NCBI GenBank assembly: GCA_963662655.2
Contig: CAXXTU010000002.1
Location: 256,001 to 320,000, forward strand
Direction: 5' to 3'
From: Candidatus Cloacimonadales bacterium
GTDB lineage: Bacteria > Cloacimonadota > Cloacimonadia > Cloacimonadales > JAIOQZ01
Length of the DNA: 64,000 nt
The notes beneath the pieces are model-generated. The model searched no databases and was not told the DNA's origin. It worked only from the letters and a program-made list of their open reading frames with translations. A program made the position numbers and the translations under genes. Shown one piece after another: positions 20,590 through 30,573 of the stretch (its first letter is position 1; each line of letters opens with the position of its first letter).

Positions 20590-21321
20590 ATGAAGCGAAT
20601 TCTGATAACACTTCTTGTATTGGCGACATCCGTTTTATCCATCGCATCCGATAAAAAGCCTGCGCATCGGCTCGACGCGGATGGAAAGAATGTCAGCAAC
20701 GCTGTACTTGCCGCCGCTGCGGGGTCCATGCTTTTCATCATGCTACCGGGCTGGATGCTTGGCGATGAACTCTCCGATCGGTACGGGTATCAGGAGTATC
20801 CTTTTGCTGATGACGATGGCCTGAAAAAGGTGCGGGGCAAGGCCTGGGCTTTTCATTTCACCTTGAACGATCATGTCGGAAGCGATCTGGACAAGCATTT
20901 CGGTTTTACATTCCAGGGTGGATGGAAGCGGATTCTTCTGGAGACAGGATATCAGCGCGTCTCGCTGGATGAGGATGTCACCGGCAGCGAGTGGCGGGTG
21001 ATGCCGTCTTTTATATTCGCGCACAACGAGTATCTCGAATTCCGGCTTTGTGCCGGAGCGTCGGTTTATTCTGAGGATTTCGAGGGAACGTCCATCGATA
21101 TTGCCTATAAAGTAAGCGGATACGGGAAGCCTATGTATTTCCGCGTGAGCGCTGAGGATCGATTTTATCGCAACGACGGTGAGGATGAACAATTCTGGAT
21201 TGTTGAGGCGGAATGCGGGTATGTATGGAACCGATTCGAGGTCGGAGCTGGGTATGAGTACCGGGATTTCTTCAATGAGTACCGGAATATCTGGCGAATG
21301 AGAATGGGCTACTGGTTTTAA
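20590..21321 (+). CDS. Hypothetical exported protein, possibly an outer-membrane beta-barrel
   Basis: Signal peptide, alternating aromatic strands, C-terminal MGYWF. Confidence 0.6.
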   Translation: MKRILITLLVLATSVLSIASDKKPAHRLDADGKNVSNAVLAAAAGSMLFIMLPGWMLGDELSDRYGYQEYPFADDDGLKKVRGKAWAFHFTLNDHVGSDLDKHFGFTFQGGWKRILLETGYQRVSLDEDVTGSEWRVMPSFIFAHNEYLEFRLCAGASVYSEDFEGTSIDIAYKVSGYGKPMYFRVSAEDRFYRNDGEDEQFWIVEAECGYVWNRFEVGAGYEYRDFFNEYRNIWRMRMGYWF

Positions 21322-21342
21322 TGGCGTCCGCTGGCATACCGG

Positions 21343-21464
21343 CGCGGCATCTTCGCCCGATCTCCCTTTTCAACGTGGATATACCACATCATTGGGACTA
21401 TCGAGCGCAATAAAACGATGTGGAACACCACGTTGAAAAGGGAGATCGAACGAATCTACTCCCG
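21343..21464. repeat. Long palindromic intergenic element, copy A
   Basis: Perfect 21-bp arms 21358-21378 / 21428-21448; outer ends shared with 40213-40359. Confidence 0.75.
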
Positions 21465-21482
21465 CCTCTCAACGAATTGCAA

Positions 21483-22820
21483 TCAACTTCTACGCACCCA
21501 CTTTCCCCAGGCTGAGGGGATTTCATCCGGGTTGTCACAATCATACACCGTTTGGCCCCTCACGATAGTCTTTACGATGCTTGCGGAGAATCGTCGATTG
21601 TGGAAAGGACTGTACTTCCCTTTTGAGCGCAGTCGCGACTCGCTGAAGGCGGCATTCCTGCTTATATCGATGATGGTGAAATCCGCGTCGGAGCCTGGTT
21701 GCAGACTTCCTTTACGTGGGTACAGGCCGTGCCTTCTGGCGGGGTTGGCCGAGAGGAGATCGGAGATTTTCTGCAGCGGGATTCCGCGGCGGACGTGGAA
21801 CTCGGAGATGATATAAGGTACCAACGTTTGGGTGCCTGGAATTCCGCAGTAGACTTCCTGGAAGTCGGGCAGGTTCTTGCCGGTTTCCCAATCGACTCCC
21901 GCATGGTCGGTCGTGACGTAATCCACGGTGCCGTTTCCGATTGCCTGGCGCAGGGATGCGCGATCTTCGGCGAATTTCACCGGCGGCACTGTCTTGAGCT
22001 TCCCTTTAAGCGTGGCGTAATCGTCCCAAGTGAATTCGAGGTAGTGCGGGCAGGTCTCGAATGTGACGTTCCTGCCGTCGTTTCGCGCCTGGATGATCAG
22101 GTTTGCAGCCTTCTTCGAGCTGATGTGTACGAAGTGAATGCGGTTGTCTCGCTGGATGTCGAGGATGCGTTTGACGGCCTCGACTTCTGCCTCGACGCTG
22201 CGAATGCGGGGAAAACTTCTCCAATCGGCAGGGTTGAGAGTTGATGACTTGATGACATTCGGGTCCTCCGCGTGGAAAGCGAAGAGGATGTCCGTGCCGT
22301 CGAAGGTCTTGAACAACTGCTCGATGCGTTCGTAAGGTAGAGCCTGGAAGGTCTCCATGCCGGAAATCGTGTAGACTTTGAATCCGGTGATACCCCGGTT
22401 CCAAAGCTTCTCGATGCGCTCCTCCGAGAAGTTATCGTTGCCTCGAATTCCTCCCCAAAGGGCGAAATCGACGACAGCTTTTTCCTGAATTGCAGCGAGC
22501 TTGCTTTCCAGCGCGTGGACGTCCGTGATCGGTGGAAGGGATGTGCAGGGCATGTCGATGATCGTGGCGATCCCGCCTGCCGCCGCCGCCGCGGTTCCTG
22601 TAAAAAAGTCTTCGCGCCGGGTAAATCCCGGATCGTTGAAGTGGACGTGTGCGTCGATGCATCCGGGCAGGACAATGAAGCTGTTACCATCGACGATCTC
22701 GCTGAAATCGTCCGATGGTGGCATCTCATCGTGAATGCGACGGATGGTTTCGTCATAAGCGATATGCGCGACGCGGCTTCCCGAACCGTCCGGAATCCTG
22801 GCGTTGGTTAGCAGCTTCAT
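21483..22820 (-). CDS. Cyclic amidohydrolase (allantoinase/dihydroorotase family)
   Basis: DAHVH, AAAAGG, GFKVY, FHAED, HFVHIS, ETCPHY, TDHA. Confidence 0.88.
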   Translation of the reverse strand: MKLLTNARIPDGSGSRVAHIAYDETIRRIHDEMPPSDDFSEIVDGNSFIVLPGCIDAHVHFNDPGFTRREDFFTGTAAAAAGGIATIIDMPCTSLPPITDVHALESKLAAIQEKAVVDFALWGGIRGNDNFSEERIEKLWNRGITGFKVYTISGMETFQALPYERIEQLFKTFDGTDILFAFHAEDPNVIKSSTLNPADWRSFPRIRSVEAEVEAVKRILDIQRDNRIHFVHISSKKAANLIIQARNDGRNVTFETCPHYLEFTWDDYATLKGKLKTVPPVKFAEDRASLRQAIGNGTVDYVTTDHAGVDWETGKNLPDFQEVYCGIPGTQTLVPYIISEFHVRRGIPLQKISDLLSANPARRHGLYPRKGSLQPGSDADFTIIDISRNAAFSESRLRSKGKYSPFHNRRFSASIVKTIVRGQTVYDCDNPDEIPSAWGKWVRRS

Positions 22821-23284
22821 TTTTCGGCCGAATCAGCGGCCGCGCTCACGGCGTCAACGATCTGCTTGTAACCGGTGCAGCGACAGAGATTGCCGGAAAT
22901 GGCTTCCCTGATCTGCGCCTCGGTCGGGTGGGGATTGCTGTCCAGAAGCGCTTTGGCAGACATCAGCATTCCGGGAGTGCAAAAACCGCACTGGACGGCG
23001 CCATGCTCCAGAAAAGCCTTCTGCAAGCGGCTCATCTCACCGTCCTGATCGAGACCTTCGACGGTCATGATGCTGCTGCCGTCAGCTTGAACCGCGAGTA
23101 CAAGGCAGGAATTGATCGCCTGTCCATCCATAATGACAGTGCAAGCCCCACATTCGCCGATTCCGCAGCCTTCCTTGGTCCCCGTGAGGCCGAGGTCTTC
23201 GCGAAGCAAGTCGAGGAGCCTGCGGTTGTCCGGAACGTCGAGGGTGTGGCTGAATCCGTTAACGATGATATTTATGGTCTTCAT
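22817..23284 (-). CDS. Xanthine dehydrogenase family 2Fe-2S subunit
   Basis: GTKEGCGIGECGACT, QCGFCTPG, GNLCRCTGY. Confidence 0.95.
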   Translation of the reverse strand: MKTINIIVNGFSHTLDVPDNRRLLDLLREDLGLTGTKEGCGIGECGACTVIMDGQAINSCLVLAVQADGSSIMTVEGLDQDGEMSRLQKAFLEHGAVQCGFCTPGMLMSAKALLDSNPHPTEAQIREAISGNLCRCTGYKQIVDAVSAAADSAEK

Positions 23285-26200
23285 TCTTTCGCTCCTTTCT
23301 GATCAAGCTCTCTGACGGCATCGTCCAGGATTCCAACAAAGGCCGGAATCTTGTACTCGGACGACCACCTTCCACCGATTTCGCGATCGAGGATTGCGTC
23401 CAGCGTTTCCCGCGCGGCGGGGGAGAGGCCGTTTGCGGCCTTCTGGCCAAGCATGGCTTGTTCGACTTCGGTCAATCGCCCGGGTTTGGAGAGCAGCGAG
23501 CCCTGAACGATGCGGCAATTCTCGATGACACCATCCGGACTCATTTTTGCGGCGACGCTTACGCTCATGCGCGTGATGTTCATTGCGTTGCGTCTGCCAA
23601 GCTGGTAGTAGCCCCAGGATTCGGAGGGATCGCCTGCGGGGAGATCGATGGATGCGAAAATTTCTCCGGGTCGAAGCGCTGTTTTATAGGCATGGAGAAT
23701 GAAATCGGAGGCCGGGATTTCTCGCGTGCCACTTCTCGAGGCGATGCGAATGACGGCATTATATAGTATGAGAGGTGGTGCTGAATCGGCGCAGGGAGCG
23801 GCATTCACCAGGTTCCCGGCGATCGTGGCCCGATTGCGTATTTGCCTGGCTCCAATGCGCGAGATCGCTTCCCTGAGAACCGGACATCGCCGCATCATCT
23901 CTTTGTGAGCGAGAAGTTCGGAGAACGTGACGCCGCCCCCGATGCGATAACCGCCATCCATCTCCTGAATAGTATGAAGCTCCTCGATGCGGCTGAGATC
24001 GATGAGTTGAGCCGGAGCGCCCGTGTTGCGGAGCTGTACCAGCAGATCGGTTCCGCCGGCGAGGTAGCGCGATTCTCCTTCCGGATTAAGGCGCAGGGCC
24101 TCTTCAATGGATCCGGGGCGAACGACGGTCATTTCGCCCAGGCGGAGTTTCTTGATGGCGACGCCGCTTTCGCTGCTTCGGTGCGGCTTGTGGAGCGGCT
24201 TGCCGATCAGGACTTTCTCGAGGTTGATCGGGATGGATTCGCTGGGCTTACCTGATGCGTGGGCGTAAGCGTTGTTTACGGCGGCCGCGGTAAGCTCTAG
24301 CGTTGGCTCTCCCAGCGATTTCGCGCCGAAAGGCCCGAAATCGTCGGGATTCTCGATGAATTCGGCGTCGATGGGCGGGACGTCCATAGCCGTCGGGATG
24401 AGGTATTCATCCAGATTCTGCGATTTCAGAACGCCTCGCTGGACGTTGTAGTCTTCCATCATGCCGTAGCCCATGCCTTGCGCAACGCCACCGTATATCT
24501 GGCCTTCCGCGCCGGTGCGATTGATGATTTTGCCTGCGTCGTGGACGGCTGTGATTTTGACAACTTCCAATTTTCCGGTGGATTTCTCGATGCGCACTTC
24601 GGCGACCTGGCATCCATAAACGTAAGTATTGTAGGCTTTTCCCTGTCCTGTATGATGATGCCATTCCGCGTCAGGCATGCGGTACCAGCCGTACGCGGAA
24701 AGGTGCGCGCCCGTGAAAGCGGCTTTGCGAGCGATATCCGCGATCTTAAGCGGTTCCTTCGCGCTATCGCCCCTGGCGTGGATGAGCCCATCGTACCAGA
24801 TGAGGTCGTCAACGCCTTCGACTCCGAAGTGGTCTTTCACGAAGGGGAACAGCCGACTCTTCACTTCCGCGGCGGCAACCTGCACTGCTTTTCCGCCCAT
24901 CAGGGTACCGCGAGAGGCGACGGTCGGTCCGCCGTCGGAGACGGTGCCGGTCTGAGGATCGAGGAAAACGATGTCTTCCAGCCGAATGCCGAGCTCCTGC
25001 GCGGCGATCATGCAGAAGGAGGTTTTGAGTCCCTGTCCGTTTTCGTTCTGGCCGCTGATCACGTACACCGAGCCGTCCGCCTGCATGGAGACGATCGCGG
25101 TCGACGCGTCCGATCCTTCCGCGCCGAGGGAGCAGCCACGATGGCTGACCGCAAGGCCGATGCCGTAGCGATACCGGTGGTTTTCCATATCGGCATACTG
25201 CTTGCGTTTGGCGTAGTAGTCGCTCTTTTCGATCGCGCGATCGAGGACTGAGAGTAGCGACACTTCATGGTTATCGAGGCATTGGCCTGAAGCTGTTTTC
25301 GAGCCCTGTTTGTATCCATTGAGCCTGCGCAACGCCACAGGGTCCATTCCGAGGGCAGCCGCGATTTCATCCATGAGGGTTTCCTGTGCGAAAACGATTT
25401 GCGGGGAGCCGAATCCGCGGTACGCGCCGGTGTAAACGTTATTGGTGTAGATTCCGCGAATATCCGTGTGGACATTGGGTATCTCGTAGGGGCCCGTCGC
25501 CTGAACCACGGAGCGCCAGTTGACGAAGAAGGTCTGGGACGAGTACGCGCCGGAGTCCGCCAGGATATCGATGTTCATGGCGTTGAGTTTTCCGTCGTTG
25601 TTGTACCCGACTTTATAGCGCAGGATATAGGGATGACGCTTGTAGCTTTCGCGGAAGGATTCTTCGCGTTTGTAGGTGAGTTTCACGGGAAGGCCGGTCA
25701 GTTTGGCGAGAAGCGCAACACGGCAGCACATGGCGTTAACGGTGTCGTCTTTGCCGCCGAAGCTGCCTCCCAGGACGGATGCATGCACGTTTACGCGGTT
25801 CATGGGAAGTCCCAGGTAACCGGCCACGACGCCACGCGTCGAGAATGGGTTTTGTATGGATCCGTAAACCTTTACACCGCCTGAGGTAACGTCTGGCTCT
25901 GCTGTCACCGATTCCGGCTCGATGTAGGCATGCTCATGATAGCCGGTGCGGTAGGTGCGCTCCATAACGTGATCGGAAGCGCTGAAGCCGGCTTCAACGT
26001 CGCCTTTACGAAGCGGGTAATGCACAACAACATTGCTTTCAAACTCGGGGTGAACCAGTCTGGCGCTGGGTTTCACGGCCTCTTCGATGTCGAAGATACC
26101 TTCGGTGGGTTCGTACTCCACGTCGATCGCCTCCGCGGCCGCTTGCGCTTGTTCTTTTGTGGTTGCTGCCACCACGGCGATGACGTCACCTTCGTAGTAA

Positions 26201-26466
26201 ATCCGGTCGTTGACCAGCGGATACTGGTCCTTGCGGATCGCGCCAATCAACTGGTTCCCGGTAACATGCTTGTATGTCGCGATGCTGACAACGCCGGGCA
26301 TTGCCTCTGCGTTCGCTGTGCCCAGTCGTGTGATTCTACCGCAGGTAATGTCCGCGAACCGGCAGGCTGCGTGGAGCATGCCGGGCAATTGAAGGTCGTC
26401 GCCGAACTTGGCTTGTCCCCTGACTTTCGCTTCGCCGTCGATTCGTTTAACTCGTTTGCCAACCAT
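23281..26466 (-). CDS. Xanthine dehydrogenase family molybdopterin subunit fused to a C-terminal FAD-binding subunit
   Basis: GGSFGGK, AYRGFG, ASRG, KSLGEP, then YLAGGTDL and QIRNRATIAGNL; start MVGKRV at 26466. Confidence 0.9.
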   Translation of the reverse strand: MVGKRVKRIDGEAKVRGQAKFGDDLQLPGMLHAACRFADITCGRITRLGTANAEAMPGVVSIATYKHVTGNQLIGAIRKDQYPLVNDRIYYEGDVIAVVAATTKEQAQAAAEAIDVEYEPTEGIFDIEEAVKPSARLVHPEFESNVVVHYPLRKGDVEAGFSASDHVMERTYRTGYHEHAYIEPESVTAEPDVTSGGVKVYGSIQNPFSTRGVVAGYLGLPMNRVNVHASVLGGSFGGKDDTVNAMCCRVALLAKLTGLPVKLTYKREESFRESYKRHPYILRYKVGYNNDGKLNAMNIDILADSGAYSSQTFFVNWRSVVQATGPYEIPNVHTDIRGIYTNNVYTGAYRGFGSPQIVFAQETLMDEIAAALGMDPVALRRLNGYKQGSKTASGQCLDNHEVSLLSVLDRAIEKSDYYAKRKQYADMENHRYRYGIGLAVSHRGCSLGAEGSDASTAIVSMQADGSVYVISGQNENGQGLKTSFCMIAAQELGIRLEDIVFLDPQTGTVSDGGPTVASRGTLMGGKAVQVAAAEVKSRLFPFVKDHFGVEGVDDLIWYDGLIHARGDSAKEPLKIADIARKAAFTGAHLSAYGWYRMPDAEWHHHTGQGKAYNTYVYGCQVAEVRIEKSTGKLEVVKITAVHDAGKIINRTGAEGQIYGGVAQGMGYGMMEDYNVQRGVLKSQNLDEYLIPTAMDVPPIDAEFIENPDDFGPFGAKSLGEPTLELTAAAVNNAYAHASGKPSESIPINLEKVLIGKPLHKPHRSSESGVAIKKLRLGEMTVVRPGSIEEALRLNPEGESRYLAGGTDLLVQLRNTGAPAQLIDLSRIEELHTIQEMDGGYRIGGGVTFSELLAHKEMMRRCPVLREAISRIGARQIRNRATIAGNLVNAAPCADSAPPLILYNAVIRIASRSGTREIPASDFILHAYKTALRPGEIFASIDLPAGDPSESWGYYQLGRRNAMNITRMSVSVAAKMSPDGVIENCRIVQGSLLSKPGRLTEVEQAMLGQKAANGLSPAARETLDAILDREIGGRWSSEYKIPAFVGILDDAVRELDQKGAKE

Positions 26467-26591
26467 AAGATATCCTTTTGTATTGCTTTTCGCAAGATTG
26501 CGCCATTTACACGGGATTGTCAAGCAGAACAATGCTCGCTTGTGTATAGACTTCTTTGATGTGGAAGGTTAGCTGAGGCTGGAGGTACGTC

Positions 26592-27803
26592 TCATCTCCC
26601 CGCACGCCAGTCCCAGCCGGAGGGATTTTGGAAGATGCGGAGGTCGAACTCGGGGATGATGGCCAGCAGGTGATCGAAGATGTCGGCCTGGATGGATTCG
26701 TACATTGCCCACTCGGTGGTGGCAGTGAAAACGTATACCTGTAGCGGGATTCCCTGCGGGGTTGGCTCCAGATGCCGCACGAGGAAGGTCATGTCCTGCC
26801 GGATGGTGGAGAGGCTGTGCAGGTACGCCGCAATATATGCCCGGAAGGTGCCGAAATTGGTCATTCTGCGGCTGGTGGCGACAACACTGTCGTCCTTCTC
26901 GATGCTTTGGTTGAACGCCTCGATTTCCGCCCTCTTCTCCTCGATGTAACCCTTCAGCAAGCGAATCTGCGCAAGCTTCTCAATGTGCTCCTCATCCAGA
27001 AAGTGGACGCTGTTCATGTCGATGTTGAGCGACCGCATAATGCGCCGTCCGCCGGTCTCCACCATGCCCTGCCAGTTCTTGAACGATTCGTCCAGCAGTT
27101 TGTGCATGGGGATGGTGGTGATGGTCTTGTCCCAGTTGCGGATACGGATGGAGTGCAGCGCCATGTCGATCACCTCGCCGTCGGCGTTGTGCTGCGGGTA
27201 GCTTATCCAGTCCCCGATCTTGATCAGACCGTTTGAGGAAACCCTCACGCTGGCCACGAAGGATAGGATGGTGTCCTTGAAAACGAGGATCAGGACGGCG
27301 GTCATCGCGCCGAGGCCGCTCAGCAGGTAGATCGGCGATTTGTCGATGAGCACGCCCACGATGACGATGATCCCGAAGATAAAGAGGATCAGTTTGAAAA
27401 TCTGTATGAACCCCTTGATGGGGCGCTCGCGGGAGACGGGAAGCTCTCCGTATATCTCTTCGATGGTGTTGAGCACGCCGTAAAAGGTTCCGATCCCGAT
27501 GACGAACATCAGCGAGACGCAAATCTTGTGCAGGAAAGCCTGAACGCCCGGAAACAGGTAGGCGAAGAACCACACCGTCAGGACGGGAACCACCAGGATC
27601 ATGCGCCGGAATACACGGTGCTTGCGGAGCGTGTCGTCCCAGTGGGTTTTCGTTTTCTGCACGACCTTGTCGATGATTTTCAGCAGGATGTGTCTTGCGA
27701 TGAGGTATAGAACCCACGAGAGGAGCAGAACCACGACAGCCGCTAGTAGTCGTGACGACCGAACGGAAATGTTGAGCCAGTCGCTGATGAGGTCGATTGT
27801 CAT
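26592..27803 (-). CDS. Mechanosensitive channel, MscS family (YbdG/MscM-like)
   Basis: GLGAMTAVLILVFKDTIL, NWDKTITTIP, GGRRIMRS, QADIFDH. Confidence 0.9.
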   Translation of the reverse strand: MTIDLISDWLNISVRSSRLLAAVVVLLLSWVLYLIARHILLKIIDKVVQKTKTHWDDTLRKHRVFRRMILVVPVLTVWFFAYLFPGVQAFLHKICVSLMFVIGIGTFYGVLNTIEEIYGELPVSRERPIKGFIQIFKLILFIFGIIVIVGVLIDKSPIYLLSGLGAMTAVLILVFKDTILSFVASVRVSSNGLIKIGDWISYPQHNADGEVIDMALHSIRIRNWDKTITTIPMHKLLDESFKNWQGMVETGGRRIMRSLNIDMNSVHFLDEEHIEKLAQIRLLKGYIEEKRAEIEAFNQSIEKDDSVVATSRRMTNFGTFRAYIAAYLHSLSTIRQDMTFLVRHLEPTPQGIPLQVYVFTATTEWAMYESIQADIFDHLLAIIPEFDLRIFQNPSGWDWRAGR

Positions 27804-27824
27804 GGTTCCTCCCCGGATTTGTGA

Positions 27825-29432
27825 TTATTCTTTGGTTTTCTTGTTCTTGAGAGCGGCGCCGATGAAGTCTCGGAAAATCGGCTGCGGCCTGTTGGGTCTC
27901 GACTTGAATTCCGGATGGAACTGAACGCCGATGTAGAAAGGATGCTCGGGGATCTCGACGATTTCGACGAGGAGGTCTTCCTTCGTGGTTCCGGTGATGT
28001 TCATACCGTTCTCGACGATCTTTCCGCGGTAGTCGTTGTTGAATTCGTAGCGGTGCCTGTGGCGCTCGGAAATGACGTCCTCTTTGTAGATGCTGTGCGC
28101 CAGAGTTCCGGGCTTGAGCTTGCAATCGTACGCGCCGAGACGCATGGTACCGCCCACGAGTTCCATGTACTTCTGGTCTTCCATCATGGAGATGACCGGA
28201 TGCTCACAGGTTTCGTCGAACTCGACACTGTATGCACCGGTAAGACCGCAAACGTTTTTCGAGAATTCGATGACCGCCACCTGCATGCCAAGGCAGATTC
28301 CGAAGTAGGGTATCTTGTTCTCGCGAGCGTATCTGGCGACGATGATCTTACCATCGATGCCGCGCACGCCAAAGCCGCCCGGCACAAGGATGCCGTCGAC
28401 TTCGCTCAGGGTCTTCTCCATCTCCGCGCGGTGGTTGGTCTTCTCTGTATCGACCCAGCAGAATTTCAGCTTGGTGCGGTGATGCGCCGCCGCGTGAATC
28501 AATGCTTGCTCCACGCTCTTGTAAGCGTCCTGGTGCTCCACGTATTTACCGCAGATCGCGATCGTCACTTCCTGCTCGGACTGGGTGAGGTTGTTGAGGA
28601 ATTGCTCCCAATCGCTCAGGTCAACAGGCTTCTCTTCCAGGTGCAGGCTCTTACATATAATGCTGTGCAGCCCCGCCTCGCAGTAAACGATAGGAACGCG
28701 GTAGATGTGGTCGACGTCGATCGCGTTGATCACATGCGATTTCGTCACGTTGGTGAAGAGCGCGATTTTTGACTTGATCTCGTCGTTGAAGCTCTCTTCG
28801 GAGCGGCACAGGAGGATGTCGGGCTGAATACCGATTTCGCGCAGCTTGTAGACGCTGTGCTGGGTCGGCTTGGTCTTCAGTTCACCGGCCGCTCTAACGT
28901 ACGGCACGTACGTGAGGAATGCGAACAAGCTGTTCTCCTGGCCCACGTCGAGGCGCAACTGACGAACCGCTTCCAGGAAGGGAAGGCTCTCGATGTCGCC
29001 CACGGTTCCGCCGATCTCAACGATGATGACGTCGTTCTCACCTTCCTGCTTGCGGATGTTGTGGATAATCTCGTTGGTCACGTGAGGGATCACTTGAACG
29101 GTCTTCCCGAGGTATGCGCCCCGGCGTTCCTTGTCGATCACCTTCTCGTAAATCTTTCCGGCGGTCGTGTTGGATGCCTGCGTGAGGCTCTGATCGATGA
29201 AACGCTCGTAGTGCCCCAGGTCCAGGTCTGTTTCAGCGCCGTCGTCCGTTACAAAGACCTCGCCGTGCTGGAAGGGACTCATCGTCCCCGGGTCCACGTT
29301 CAAATACGGATCCAGCTTGATCATCCCGACCTTGTAGCCCATTCGTTTCAGTAAGAACCCAATCGTTGCCGATGCGATTCCCTTGCCCAGCGACGATACA
29401 ACTCCGCCGATTACAAAAATATACTTTGTCAT
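27825..29432 (-). CDS. pyrG: CTP synthase
   Basis: GGVVSSLGKG, DPYLNVDPGTMSPFQHGE, GICLGMQ, QFHPE. Confidence 0.98.
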   Translation of the reverse strand: MTKYIFVIGGVVSSLGKGIASATIGFLLKRMGYKVGMIKLDPYLNVDPGTMSPFQHGEVFVTDDGAETDLDLGHYERFIDQSLTQASNTTAGKIYEKVIDKERRGAYLGKTVQVIPHVTNEIIHNIRKQEGENDVIIVEIGGTVGDIESLPFLEAVRQLRLDVGQENSLFAFLTYVPYVRAAGELKTKPTQHSVYKLREIGIQPDILLCRSEESFNDEIKSKIALFTNVTKSHVINAIDVDHIYRVPIVYCEAGLHSIICKSLHLEEKPVDLSDWEQFLNNLTQSEQEVTIAICGKYVEHQDAYKSVEQALIHAAAHHRTKLKFCWVDTEKTNHRAEMEKTLSEVDGILVPGGFGVRGIDGKIIVARYARENKIPYFGICLGMQVAVIEFSKNVCGLTGAYSVEFDETCEHPVISMMEDQKYMELVGGTMRLGAYDCKLKPGTLAHSIYKEDVISERHRHRYEFNNDYRGKIVENGMNITGTTKEDLLVEIVEIPEHPFYIGVQFHPEFKSRPNRPQPIFRDFIGAALKNKKTKE

Positions 29433-29459
29433 TTCCCATCCCCTTTATATAATAATATG

Positions 29460-30560
29460 TTAGCCGTAAATAATGTCCCGTAGTAAATGTTCTTCGTTCT
29501 CCGTGATCAGTTTGACTCGTTTGTTTGTCAGGATGATCTCTTCACCGAAGGAAGAGAACATCTTGATCCCCACGTTGCCCTGCATTACCTGATCGTACAG
29601 GTAATAGCCGGTTGTCTCCGTGATTTGTTCATTCAGGCCGATGCAAAGACGATATTTTCCGCTGCGATTCATGATCGCATTGCGGAACTTGTTCCCGCCC
29701 TTGATGCCTGCGTCGAACTCGACGTAATACACTTTTCCTTCTGCGAAGTGGATACGGATATTGCGGAACATGTATTTTCCGTAGTATCCGCATTCCGCGA
29801 CAAAGACACCCGTAAGCCGGTCTGTTTCAAGCTCGAACTCGAGTTTCCCGCCCGGGAGAATCAGATTCTTCTCCTTGAATGGGTGAGAGGGCATGTTCTC
29901 AGCGAAGGTCCTGTCGAGCTTGATCTCGAGTGAAGCGACCTCCGCTTCGCTCTCTTCCGATGAGCCCAGCTTGAAGGTGTTCAGGCGCGTCAATTCGCTA
30001 CGAAGCTCTTCCGAGATGTGGATGATGCGATTGTAGTCGCAGTCGAGACCTTTGAAATACATGGCGAGGAGCTTCTCATATTCCAGTTCGAAGAATTCCG
30101 CCAAAGAGTGGGTGGGGAATCCGAGGAACAGGATGCGTTTCCCCTGCCGGTTCACGACATTCCAGATTTCCTGCGTGGAATTCTTGATCTTTCCGAAGAG
30201 CTTGTCCTCGATTCCTTCGTATAGCTGCGGCATGTTTCGCCAGCCGATATCGATGAAGAAGTCGATGCGCTCTGCCCATTTCGTGTAATAGGAGAGGGGG
30301 AGTTCGTAGATGTCTTCCGGCATTTCCGATAAAAATCTGCGCTTGAGATTGTCGGTGGAGAGGTCGATGACCGGGAAGGCTTTTTTCTTTCGGATCGCCA
30401 GTGCGAGCTCTTCAATCAGGGGGATTTCCGCAAGAATATCTTCCAACGCTTCGTCCTTGGGCGAGTTGTGGATGTCGCCGCTGACAGAAACGACGTCGTC
30501 CTTCTTGATTCCCAGAACGATGTTGGCGATTTTGAACGCGATGACAGGGTAGTTGACCAT
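29460..30560 (-). CDS. Divergent M29 aminopeptidase-like protein, probably inactive
   Basis: Weak family resemblance (LPGG, I.FAEGKV, IGLN...YD); probable start MVNYP at 30560. Confidence 0.5.
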   Translation of the reverse strand: MVNYPVIAFKIANIVLGIKKDDVVSVSGDIHNSPKDEALEDILAEIPLIEELALAIRKKKAFPVIDLSTDNLKRRFLSEMPEDIYELPLSYYTKWAERIDFFIDIGWRNMPQLYEGIEDKLFGKIKNSTQEIWNVVNRQGKRILFLGFPTHSLAEFFELEYEKLLAMYFKGLDCDYNRIIHISEELRSELTRLNTFKLGSSEESEAEVASLEIKLDRTFAENMPSHPFKEKNLILPGGKLEFELETDRLTGVFVAECGYYGKYMFRNIRIHFAEGKVYYVEFDAGIKGGNKFRNAIMNRSGKYRLCIGLNEQITETTGYYLYDQVMQGNVGIKMFSSFGEEIILTNKRVKLITENEEHLLRDIIYG

Positions 30561-30573
30561 TGCAACCTGCCCC

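Noticed and set aside
21343..21464. Integron attC site
   Set aside because: No RYYYAAC/GTTRRRY boundaries and no integrase or cassette array
26992..28125. 377-aa Arg-rich ORF
   Set aside because: Alternative frame of pyrG and the MscS gene
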